NCBI GenBank assembly: GCA_000708835.1
Contig: DF237190.1
Coordinates: forward strand, 65,137 to 129,136
Length of the DNA stretch: 64,000 nucleotides
From: Klebsormidium nitens
Taxonomy: Eukaryota > Plantae > Klebsormidiophyceae
Direction of reading: 5' to 3'
Below are positions 1 to 12,200 of this stretch, in pieces (the stretch's first letter is position 1; each line of letters opens with the position of its first letter). The position numbers and the translations under genes are program-made. Under the pieces are notes generated by a model. That model was given only the letters and a program-made list of their open reading frames with translations, searched no databases and had not been told where the DNA came from.

Positions 1-139
1 CGATTCTGCAATCACTATGACGTTTAGCAAGCTTTGTGATCACCCTTTTGGCATCTTGAGCAGCAACGAGCCCGTCGCCGCAGCCTAGATCGTGAAGCTT
101 CTCTCGTGTGAATGAATGATAGGTTAACCTAGCTGGCTA

Positions 140-2300
140 CCTACTTTAAGTACACCCGGGTGTAGTGCGTACGTACTACGGTACCCACAGCGAAACATGA
201 ACCGCGGGAGCTTACCCTTACAGGAGTTTCACCCCTCGGGGCATGATTCCCGGTTGCAATAATTGACAGTGGTGTATTAAATTCGTCTAAACTTGCTAGT
301 TTAGCACGGTATCAAATCAATTTACGTCATTATGTGAGAAGAATCTTTACACGTGGAAGATTTTGGTGCATCGGATGGATCCTACCCAGAAGTCTTGACA
401 GCTCGATGTCCATGACCATCCCTACATCGCCGGCTAGTGCCGCGGGATTTGTTCAATGACGTCGAAGCAATAGCTAAAGTCTAGCTGACTTTTAGTTTCT
501 ATATTAAGGTAGACCCTATATCGATTGCGACCGGAGAGAGGCTTTTGTACTTGTTGAACAGCCCTCTGTAGGTGACCGACTTTTGCCCAGGTCCCACCGG
601 TCCAAACCGTGCATAGGAGGCGGCCGGCCTGTACCGAGGTCCGCAAGGACCGCAGGTACATGTAGGTAGAGTACCGGTTGGTACCGTGAATGTCACGCTA
701 GGTACACAGTACAGAGTCCAGACTCTGGTGCACACTGTCTAGTGCAAGCTTCAAAGTGCACATTTGCACAAAAGCACACTGCAAATCGTGCGTTTTAGGT
801 ACCAGAATATATCTGGACAAAAGTGACGTACGTTCATTAGCGTTTCAAGTTTTGTTATCCACCTCGCTGGTGCCGTATATTGAAATCTCAAGGGAATATG
901 CGAGTCAGCTCTGGTTGTGTTCTGCTTGACGGCTCGTTTAGGCCTCACGGTGTCTGGAAATTATTACGATATAATACGGTGTACGTATATCGTATAGGTA
1001 CGGCAGGCTGCCGAATACGCGAACCGTGCCCTGGGCTTCCAAGTAAGTACCCCAGGTAAAATTCAATAATTTGATTCGCGCACATCAGATATCCGATTCT
1101 TCTTGCATGGCTTTTTAGAGTACCTAGGATACCTCCAGTAAAGGTGGGACCGTACAAGGATCACGCAAGACGTCTCGTATCTTGGTGCATGCACATTGCA
1201 CAACCTCCCGAGTCCCACCGTACAGTATGATAATTGCTCTGGTACGGACGGTACGTAGTTGCCAGCCGTACGTAACGCTCTTTCTGCCCTGTACCATGCT
1301 ACATGTACCTAGCACGACCGCAGCAGCTATAGACTCTAGAGTCGCGCTAGTCGCCGGAGTCTGCAAATTCTGACACCAACTGGCAACCGGCTACGAGTCA
1401 CGGCCCGCCGCGCCGCTCGCTGACATAATCGTACGGCGGCGTGGCAAATCTCGTATCGATAATCGCACAATGCACGGTGTGCTAGGCATTAATTTTGAGA
1501 TACGGTACCCCTGGGCCAATCAGGCTGCCGCGGGATGGTGTGATGTAGATTTCGCATTCGGTAGCAAGCTGACGATTGTACGCCGAAGAAACCGCCACAT
1601 TGCGTCACAGCCGTCAAGTACGTTACAGTCTAGAACGTACGATAGGACCCCCGGGACGCCGGCGGCCGGTGTGATGGGTTGCATGATTTGTTGGTTCATA
1701 TCGAACCCCGGGGTACCGTAGGTCAAGCGCTAGTGACATGGCGGCCCCGACTGTCAGGATGATAGAATTTAGAAATCATGGAAGGAGAACGTGAACTCTA
1801 GTTTTTGTTTCTTACCCCTCATACCAGTTGGTACTCTGTGCGCGAGCTTCAAAAGACCAGAGGGATGCCACGTGTAACTCCAGAATACCCCATGTTACTG
1901 TAACGTAACCATGGCTGGTCCGCGGTTGACCAGCCGGTTGGATCCCAGCCGGGGGCTCGAACGCCTGGCATGCTGATTTAAGACCGCGACCCTCGGTAAA
2001 AGACAGGCGACCGGGTGACCAGGAAACTTAAACCAGTTTTCCAAATCGCGCGCTGAGCGTACCTGACGGTGTGGGGGTCCAGAATGAAAACTGGAGTCCA
2101 CGTTCTCCTTCTACGGGTTCTGATACGTACCCAGTCCTAGGAGGCTACAACCTAGCCTACGGTATCTAGGTACTAGGTAGTACTTACTACTACTAGGTAC
2201 GGTAGGTAGGTCCTCCTGCCGCCCGGTGTGTCGACCACCCACAACGCTGATCGGCTTTCGAGAATGGCCATGCATGGGCACGTATAGTACGTACGTGTCG
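140..2300. mobile_element. Probable decayed repeat/transposon relic with a CG->TA hypermutation signature (family not identified)
   Basis: GTAC/CTAG/GTAG are strongly enriched (hand count ~29 GTAC in 140-1720, ~6 expected). There is no long ORF and no recognisable spliced gene. Element identity is inference only. Confidence 0.3.
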
Positions 2301-3209
2301 GCTTCCAATTAAGTTTCGTGAGACAGCGGCAGGCTGCAGCCCGCCCGGTCAAGCTGGTCGGCCTGGCGCTTGCAGATAACTGAGCGGTACGAGGCTGGCA
2401 CCGATCGAGCTGCGCACACTCTGGCGGCTTAATTCAACTGCTAATTTGAGGCCCTTGGTTGAACCAGCTGGACAGCAAATCTGACGGCTCGGCTGACTCG
2501 GGTCTGTCCTTTCGTGTGGCCCTCAGCCTGCTGTTGGTGAGAGGGCTAAATGAACAGGTATACTGAGAAGACGCCGGGTCGACCAGCTCCAGTAGTGCGG
2601 ACGTCCTCAAGTCGGTCCGATCTGGGCGACATGTTGCCAGCCAAGACGGTCACCGGGTTGACTCTATAAGCCTGCCTGACAGTGGGCATCGGATCGGACT
2701 CAAGCTTGGAGGTCGCACTCGTCTCTATCACGCGCCGCGGCCATGGGCTAAGCCTCTAGGACCGGAAACCCGTGCTGTCATGTTGCGCTGCATGCATGCC
2801 ATCGGATTCATGTGACTCTCACACATGATTTGAGTCCAATATATAATCCTGATACGTCTTCAATCTTGATAGGACTGGGGTCGGGCATTTGAAGCTGCGG
2901 ACAGAATGTTCGTGGGAACAGTTCAAAACTTTATTCTGTCCGCAGGAGCACTTCAAAACTTTCATTGAGGTGAGCGGTCTTCCTTAGCTGGGCACAGCCC
3001 GGCCATGCCTTACTAGCGAAAACCTTGTCATGCGGAACCGTTGACGGTCAGGGTCGGTTTCATGCATGACATGACACGGGGTTGATCACGCTAACATAAG
3101 TTTGGACCATGCCAGTGCCAAAGCCCTGAGCCCGTCAGCTACAAGTGGGTGATACTTCAGCTACTCACTGATGGGTAAGAACACTTGACCGCAATCATTA
3201 GATGGATCT

Positions 3210-6200
3210 TCAAGAGGCCTTTGGTGCTGTTGCCTTCACAAGATGGACGTCTCTTACGAGCCCCTTTCCTACACTCTTGATCGCTTGCAAAATTGATGCT
3301 TCATCGAAAGGGCTGGGCCCGCCCTTCTCCACCCCTTGCACTTTCCTCCGTTTTACGGGCTTCCCGATTCCAATACCATCGAGCGCCGCCTGCTTCGCTT
3401 TGGCCGTCCACGTGGCACCCAAAGCGTCCGCCCCGTGCTTGTCTTGACTCAAAACAACGTACTCTCCAAAGCGTTCCTGCGCAAAAAGAGTCTTTATGAG
3501 CTCAGGTGTTCTCTGCGCTGCTTATGTAGCCCAGTTGATAGCCTCTAAGCTCGACCGGTTGGATAGCAATATTCCCGTCCCCAAAATAATCTCCTCGTAA
3601 GAAGACATTACGGAAAAGACAGGTGCACAAAGCCAAATATTGACGTGCCACAAGGCAGCACTGCCAGGCTCCTCTTCTGAATAAGTTTTGAAGGATTCCT
3701 CGAACTCACAGAGCCGCAATTGCAGATTTCGCTAGATTCTGAACATTTCTCGACTTCACTGGGCGGGATTTGCAGACTCCGCTAAATCAAAAGAAGCCTC
3801 GCGATCCGATTACCAGGATGCGAGAAACCCTGTTTTTGTTAAAGCAACCAGCTCTTGGACATCACGACACGACAGAAAAACTAGAAAGGGGTCCTCGAAA
3901 GCTGCGACTTATGGTGCCGGCCAATTTCTACCGCCCGCCAAGGTAACCTTGTCCGCCAAAGCATCCAGCTCGTGCAAACTACAAAATGAGTTTATAATAC
4001 CTGGAAAGGTTCTCCAAAGCTGCAACTTCTGGTGCCGGCCGATTTTAAACGCCTTCTGCCAGGATTCACCAACTCTCAACGACCTGTTTCAGGTTGTAGC
4101 TTTGGCGCTTGAATCAGCGCAGTGAGCCCGATTCAAGGACGAAGTGACAGTTTGAACAGCTCAACTGCAGTCTACGTACCTCAACCTCTTGTCTCAGAAG
4201 GGTGACGGGGTCAAACCCGACCAGGAGGCCTTGTCGCGCTACGTCATGGCCCTTATTCAGAGCGGATCGTGGCAGCCAAGCCGCAGACGGGGCCTCCCCC
4301 TTTGTTTTCTGCGAACGTGGCACGGAAAGAATGTCAAATCGTGGCATAGCAGTCACTTACGATTGCTGAGTTGCCGCTTCATTCCTACGACTGGCGCTTC
4401 TCTGGTTGAAGTAGACCCTTCCCTAAGTACCTGATTCCGGTGAGTTTGAGCAGATTTGCGCAGTCGACCGGACGCGGAACCCATGTCTCCCACTTGGCAG
4501 AATCGCGGAATCGCACCGAGAGACTCAAGACTGGAGCTCCTCCGGAGCGACTTGACTGGCGCGACTAGTCAGCTCGAACTTGTTCCGAGTTCGCAGATTC
4601 AGAGATCCGACAGTTGGTCACCTCTTAAGAGTGCCATTTCTTGACGTTTGGTGACCAAACTTGCGGCCCGCGGCGACCGGTTACCGTGCTTTTAGGGCTT
4701 GAACCGTTTGCAACCCTGAGCAAGTCACGTTGGCATGACCGACTCCCGAGCTTTTCCGGTCGAGACGGACCTTACTGAACACCGATCAGACGAAAGGCCA
4801 ACTTTAACAGAAGCAACCAAGGACAGAATCACATTCCGCGCACTTAACTTTTCTCGGAGCAAAACTTTGCCAGTTGCCAACCAGCCTAACACAGAGCATG
4901 CAAACAGGCGGGTTGCAAGAGGGTTACCTTTTCAGAAACCCAGCACTCAAAAACAGTCGGCTTAAAATAGGGTTTACTTCCCCAGCTCCAACAGAGCCTA
5001 CTCAACAAGTTTGGGTTACAACAGGATTAACCTCCCAAGCCCTGACCCAGCGCTCGACAAGACGTACCGCAAGATGGCCACCTCCTCAGGTTGGAACGGA
5101 ACCTAACTCCCGGTTTGTCACCGGGGGAACCTCCCGGGCACTCTTTCGCCCCAAAAAACGGAGGGATCCTCACCCGGTGATCCGTCCCGAGGGCCTCCTC
5201 CGCCGGGAACAGCGTCCTCTGCGGGTGCGGCAGCGCGTCTCTCCTCAGCAGCACCAGGAACTCGTACACCCCGAGCGGCGTCCGAAACGCGGACTGCCAC
5301 CTGTCGTCGTCCGAATGGTCCGCGATCTGCTGACTCAGCAGCGCGGCGGAGCTCCGGGCGTAGGCGACCAGCCGCCGGAGCTCGCCCGGCGTCGGGCGCT
5401 TATTGGTCCACGTGGCACTCTCTGGGTCGTGGGGCGTGGCGAGGAAAAGAGCGGGGCCGGTGGCGGGCTGCTTCCGGCTCCGTTGAAATGCCGCCTGCGG
5501 AAACATTGTCAGGGGCGGTTAGAGCACGCAACAAGAAAAGGAAGCGGTTGTTCGGGACCTATGCCCGCAGAATGTTCTCTTGCTTGAGCAACGATTCAGG
5601 GTGTGTTGAGCTGAAAGGAGGGCAATCCCGAAGGGCAATTCCGAAGGCGCCTAGCGGTGCGCATTGTCTGCGAGTTGAAAGTTCGAGGTTCTCAAACCGC
5701 TCACAGGGCTGAAGAAAGAACCTTGTTTGAATCTCCTATTCGCCTTTTTACTTTGAAGGAACTTTCAGGATCCCTAGCACGTACACCCAACTCCGTCAAA
5801 TTGGACATTCTTTATGAAGGTATACTGATATCAGGGGGGCAGATCTGGTCAAATTTGAGACTCAAGAAGGAGAATGATAAGCCCCGGGCTAACACTGAAA
5901 CCTTAACCCGAACAGATACTTGCTCCGCACCCGAACCCACCCTAACCTCCAAACTAACCCTGCTGGTCCCAATGCAATTAATTTATTTAAATTCAGCTTT
6001 TGTTATCTTTCTTGAGTTCGATGAGTCGAATCATATCAAAACCGTTGCTTCGTCCCCCAGGTCTCAACGAGTCCTACTGACTTCAGACGCTGCCCGTTGC
6101 CGGGCTGCCACGTTCCTCTGCGTAACCCACAGAAAACATGATGCGATATCCAACCCCCTCCTGCGATTTTCACCCCTCCTCAACCAAAGCATCGACCATC

Positions 6201-9200
6201 GTAATTTCGAATGGGCAAGTCATAGCTCCTTCTGCGCTAGAGGCCTAATTCCAACAATCGCCTGTTCCCCACCTGGATGTTTTCTCGGTCGGCGGGCGTC
6301 AGGTCGGAGTTCACATCCACTATCAGCGGCAAATTCGCCCAGTCGTGCGAGGAGAGGCAGCTGAGGAACCTGTCAGAAGCGATTGCACACCTCAATCCGC
6401 GCGTTCTTCTTCTCAAGAACGCCCCTCGTGACTTCTCCTCATTACTCGAAAGTGGGAGTATCCTTGCGGACACTGGTAACACCTGGAGCATGCGGCAAGC
6501 TGTAGTTTCTCTGAGGCGCGCTCCTTCCGACACGGCCTGGTAGTCTTCTCCAGCAGAAACAAGGATTGCTCTTTGAAAATCCTTCTGCAGAACCTACTCA
6601 AGTTGCTGATTCTCACTCACGAATCTCAATGCAGTTCGTCCCTGACAGGAACTTGTTCGGCAAACAACAAGCCTTGCTACAAGTATGCCTACGAACATTC
6701 ATGCTGTCTTCATGTCCCCGCCTCTATTTCAATAGCGGATGTCTACAGATCATGCTATTTTCCGTGCGTTTTCTCACCGGAGCAGTCCGGCGACGCGCGT
6801 CCGGGGCGCCACGTACGGCCCGGGATGTACGAACAGTGACGCCACCAGCAGCTCGACGGCCTCGTCGCGCAGCGCGGCCGAGAACTTGTGGTTCGACACC
6901 CACCGCTTGGCCAGCCTGCACACGGAACGATTGGGGGATCCCTTTCTGATTTGTGGATCGTGTCCCGGGATCTAGCACTGCTTGGGACGAAGTGAAGCGC
7001 TCGGGAGGCTCAACCGGGCCGGTTGTGCGAGGAGCTTCGGGTGCAGCTGGTCAAGGTTGCACCGGTCGGTTTGTTTCCTGGAAGATTTGGATCGGTCTGC
7101 AAATCTGCATTAAGATCGGCCGACGACTATAGACATTGCCAAAGTAATGTTCGCTGGAGCCGGTCCCAGGAAGAAGATATCCATTGCCCCACTGTCGTCT
7201 ACCAGGTTGCAATTAATCGGAAGGAAAACATATGGACATTCGTTACTGCGTCCATTCACACGTGGTGCGAAGGCTGAAGTAAAGCAGGCGGCGGAAGGGG
7301 CCAGAATGTTCATTCGAATACGAAGCTGATGCTGAGACGGAGCACGAATCGAGGAGGTCATCGTCACCAATCCGCGGACCGCTTGGGTCACTAGAATACA
7401 GAGTGGATCGATCCTTGGAAAGGAGATTGTGATTTGGAGTCGCAATTGCACCAAAAAATAACCGCCCGGGGAAAGAAGCAACAGACCGACTAACCGGAGG
7501 GCGACCCGGAAGCCAAGCGATCCCTTTTCTTTCGTCCTTCTTGTCGCCTACTCTCAGCTCTATCCTGCTCCCTTTCTTCTATACTTTGTTGATCACTCCT
7601 TCAGCAGTTGGTTGAGCATTGGTACTCACCTTACAGTGGCGCCAAACGCGGGGTGCTGCCCTTGCACTGCTTGGAGGAGGTTGGCGTGCGTGCTCCGCAA
7701 CAAAAGATCCGATTCTAAACTAACCGCTGCGGGTTCTGTGTTGCCGTTCAGGTTTGCACCAGAGGTGCCCGGAACTGGGCCGGGTTTCCTTAACCGGGTC
7801 GGGTCTTTCTCGTAAAAGAGCGCTAACCGGAACGCAAACCCGTCGGTTAGGACGTCGACTGCGTCCTCGGCGGCGATGACGTGGACAGAGTGGTTGTCTC
7901 GCAAGCTGCGAGGCGCAAAAAGATCGGAAAAACTTGATCACGTGTTTCTTGCGGGCAGAAAAGGTTGCAAAGACTCCTTTGAGCTACGTTATCTCTCCGC
8001 TGGTCGGACCCTGACTTGGAAGCCTTTACAAACACTCACAATTCCTGAGATAAAAATGCTTGACTCACGAACCTCCCCGAAAGCCGATAGTGTATTGGGG
8101 TCTTTGAGCGATCGTTGGAATTTCTCCAAAAGCATCCGCCCCTCCTCAACGTCTGGCGAACTGACCCCTTGACCCATAAACATTTTGAAGTTTTTCCGAA
8201 GACTCCCACACCCAGCTTACCTCTTAGCAATCTGCAGCAGAAACGCGGTTTTCATTTTCCGAACGGCTGCGGGCGCGTCCGGCCACCGTCCGGACCCTTC
8301 CAGCGTCAGCAGAACCCCTAGAGGGTCCAGGCACGCGGGGACTTTCTTTGAGCGCAGGGCTTCTGCCGCTTCGGGGGGGGGCTTTTCGCCGTCGAACGCG
8401 AGGGGGTGGGGCTGGGGGGGGAAGACGGCAGTATGGCAGAGGGCTGCAGACCGAAAAGAAGGTGGTGTGAAAGAGGCGGAATACGGGCGGGCAAAACGAA
8501 GTGTTTGCGATTCTTCGCAGCGAAGGGACATGATGCAACTCTAAACTCTGACCGATTCACGTTGAAACAGGCAGACAGTGAGGAAAAAGTGGACGAAATT
8601 CTTGCAAGTTAAGCCGGCTCAGGAACGAATATTACGCCTGCTACCAACCAAAACGGGTATAGCTTGCTCCTGGTGTTTGATCATCGCCTCTATGATATCC
8701 ACACTCATCCTAGGACCCCGCGTCAATGGACTCGCATAAAATCAAAGCCATCGAAAATTAGGGGGGGCTTCTCCGGGATTAGTCTCCCTAAACAGCGAAC
8801 CCACCAGACTAGTGCTGCAAGTGAACAGAATCGGGTTAAGTGGACAAGTATACTCATGTCGGAAAACAACGATGCGTATGTTAGGCTAAACAGCATCAGC
8901 TAAAGCACGAGGACTGCTGAGCTTTGAAGCTGCTCAAGACCTGACTCGCATCATCGCTGCTGAACTTTGCCCCGAACAGTGCTTCAACCGCCAGCAAACC
9001 GCAAATGAAAAGGTGATTTCGTTCCGCTCCTTTGGAATCAAGATGGTCAGAGTCATCGTTCACAGGTTTTCCCCGTCATAATTTCTTTTAAAAGGCAAGG
9101 CATTATATTGTTGAATTGCAGGTAGTGTGCACGCAAGAATGCAGGGCCTCTGATGCCATTCCAGAGCACAGAGTTTCGTAAACAAGTCGTCTTAAGAGCT

Positions 9201-12200
9201 TTGAAGGTATGAACTCAAGCGAGGGTACATATGGTTGACAAAGGGAGCAGCGTCAAACAACATGAGCAGTGGTGGGCAGAGGGGCCCACAAAATTTTATC
9301 ATAGCTGTGGAGAAAGACACCAGAGCGCCCCAGCTTCGCTACCAACAATATACTGAAATCGAATTTCGGAGTTCCTAAGCTCTTGCCTCCGCCCAGGACG
9401 AGCAATGGACAGAAGCGGTCGACCAGCGCACTACAAGCGTTCAACGGATGAGAACGCAAGAGAGCACCTTCAGTGTGCGAAAGGCGTCAAACTAACCCGC
9501 TCCACTCGCCTCGAGGGAATTCAGTGCTGGTTGTCGTAATTAACACCGCGAGAGACACCACGAGAAGTAAGACGAGAAGGCAACAAGCAAGTAGGGATGT
9601 TATACAAGTGGCGGGCAACCATAATAATTCCAGACCTCTCTAGCATCAATGGTTTGGTAACTAGACTTCGAGAAATTGGATGAATGTCAAAAAAGTTACG
9701 CACCCAGTATCTCATATTGGGTGCGTTAGTAAGGAGATACCTTGAAGGGGATTACTCCCTCTGAGCACTGCGTTGAAAGAAAGACACCCTCGGCAACAAA
9801 CTTGCCTAGAATCTTATCGGGTCACCTTTAGGAAATCTCAAAGCACCAATTAATCAGGCCTCTGCTGCGAAGCTTGTCGGGCAAATGCCGACTTGGTTGG
9901 GACCGCGTGTCCCATTGACATCAAAGCACTTGTTTGCAAGCCCTTACGCAAGATCAGCAGCTTTGCTTGGCAAGGCAGTAGAATGATTCCTGATTCCGCC
10001 TATCTACAGCAGCATCGGAGCGCAAGGCAGTTCAGGACTGAACCAGCAAGCCCAGTCTATACCTCGTCACAGCCGCGCCTTGGCTTCCAATGAGTCTGTC
10101 ACTGCCTATGTTTCAAGCGCTGAAGATATTGTATGCCCGAAACCAGTGGTCAAAAGGGCTAGGAACGAGCTAGGCCATTCTTGTCAAAGCACTTGCGCGC
10201 ATGGCAACAGGTGCGGTTTCCCGACAAGACTGTTGTCGTGAGAACCTCGGCACCTTCTTTGCGAAACGCACTCCTAAAAAAGGGTCTGATCCCCGTTCTT
10301 CCAAAGAATGACGGAATGGTCTGTAGAGTGCTTAACAGAACGCCCCCCGAAAAAGCTGGATGCCAGAGTGACGAGTCTGGACTTTCGAGAAGTATGTTGG
10401 GCGGAACACAAGTGCCTTTTCAGCAGTCAACCAAGCAAGCTGCCAAGGGATGGGCGAGCAATGACCAGATGAAGCAACAGCAATCAATCATAGAATCTAC
10501 CCGCAGAAGAGAGAGAGTTTTCGGCATACCTGCGCTGAGGGGCTGTACACTGACCACCTTGAGCGGCAGGTCGGTCAGACCGCGCAGCCGCTTCGACAAC
10601 TTGGTGAAAGCGTCCAGAAGAGTGGGCATCACTCCCGCGGGATCTGCGGCACAGAGCGAGATGTCACACGAATGCTAGGGTTTCAGAATTTTAGGGTTTT
10701 AGGGTTTTAGGGCGAGAGTAAATACACAAGAGCCCTCACGGGAGGACCGCAATTTCCATCAAGAGATTGATGACTGCGTCTCCGAGGAATGGATACAGCG
10801 TGTCAGGCTTTCATTACACGTCCGAGTAAGCTATCAAAACGCCAGGCCGTGATGAGGTAGAAGAAAACGCAAGGCGTTTGCTCAAAGGCCTCGGAAAGAC
10901 GATCTTAGCAGAGCCTCGGTGAGGCTCAACCGGGAGAAGAAACAGATGAGGCATTCGCCGTTTTCTTGCAGCACTTCGTCGAGGCGCCGTGCGACCATGT
11001 CAACTTCTTACGCGGACGTTCAAGTACGGAGATCGATAGTAGGTCAAAAAGCAAATGTTTCACTTGATAAATCAAATCTCGAAAAGGGGAGCAGACAGCG
11101 TCTCTACCTGCGCCCTTCTCACTATTCGTCGAGCTGCCCCACGACAATGTCAGTTTCCCACTATCGCTTGACTGATGCTAAAGGTTTCAAGCGAAAACAC
11201 GAAAAGTTCAGTCAGGCAAACCAAGAAAGAAACGATACAGCCAGACAAAACGTCTTCACCTGTGCCGTTTTCCTGCAGAACTTCGTTGAGCTGCCCTGCG
11301 ACGACGTCAACATTTCAGGAGAAAAGAAAGGTATAAATGAGAGTTTTCCCGAATAAAGGACACTGTCCGAGGGCGAGCAATCCTGAATGAAACGAGTATT
11401 GGAACAGGGGAATCAATGCGAACCCACCTGCGCCATGTCGTGCGGCATCTCGTCGAGCTGCCCCGCGCGACGTCAACTTTGCTGGTGGCGCTTGAAAAAA
11501 ACTTCAGAAGATATGACGCATTTTAGAAGAATCAAAAAACGCCAACGAAATGATGAAATCAGGCGAGTGCCCACCTGTGCCATTTTCTTGCAGCACTTCG
11601 TCGAGCTGCCCTGCGACGACGTCGACTTTCCCCGGGACTGTCGGGAGGTGGCGGCACAGCACGTGGCGCACGACGCGCTCGACGACAAGGTGGCGCTCCG
11701 TTGGGTCGGGGCAGTCCCACACGGCGGTCTCCGCAATCAGGCCATCGCGGAAACGCCGCAGCTCGGCCTGTGGAAATGAGGCAGGGGGATTTGGCGGTGA
11801 TAAGTCAAGACATGGGAGATCAAGGTCTCAAAAGATGGGTTACTGAAAGATGGCAAGCGCCACCAATTCGAGGCAGTCCCACACAGCGATTCCTGCGATC
11901 CGGCCTTTGCGGAAGCGGCGAAGCTCGGCCTGCGATTTGGCAGGGAAAGCGGTCGATGGATGATCAGGGGTCGAGCAATGTGGGTTGAGAATCTGGGTCG
12001 AAAAATGAGAACCTAGGAAAGCTGGAAGCACATAACACTCAGCGCTTCCAAGTGACGGTACACGCTTTTCAGAGGACTACTGTCTTTCGACCTCAGATAA
12101 GAAGGGCAGTACGATCTTGTTCCGGAAACGAACGGTGAGGAAAAGTTGCAGTACAATGCAAAAGCACACATCTGGATCCCTTCAGCTTTTCCAACAAACA

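Noticed and set aside
945-2731. DIRS/tyrosine-recombinase retroelement (faint resemblances such as RAIIILYGGTR, KSHARRIG, LDPHTVRYA)
   Set aside because: The resemblances are short, scattered over different frames and wrongly spaced. They cannot be told from chance without an HMM search.
10530-10712. NOL6 truncated by a telomere-healed chromosome break, with the two telomere triplets bounding a 31-kb element
   Set aside because: NOL6 continues in phase through eight more exons beyond the repeat. Both triplets lie inside introns of unrelated genes and their flanks share no terminal repeat.
10945-11630. CRISPR-like repeat-spacer array
   Set aside because: The context is a eukaryotic intron, the units are degenerate copies of the adjacent exon end rather than identical repeats, and there are no cas genes.
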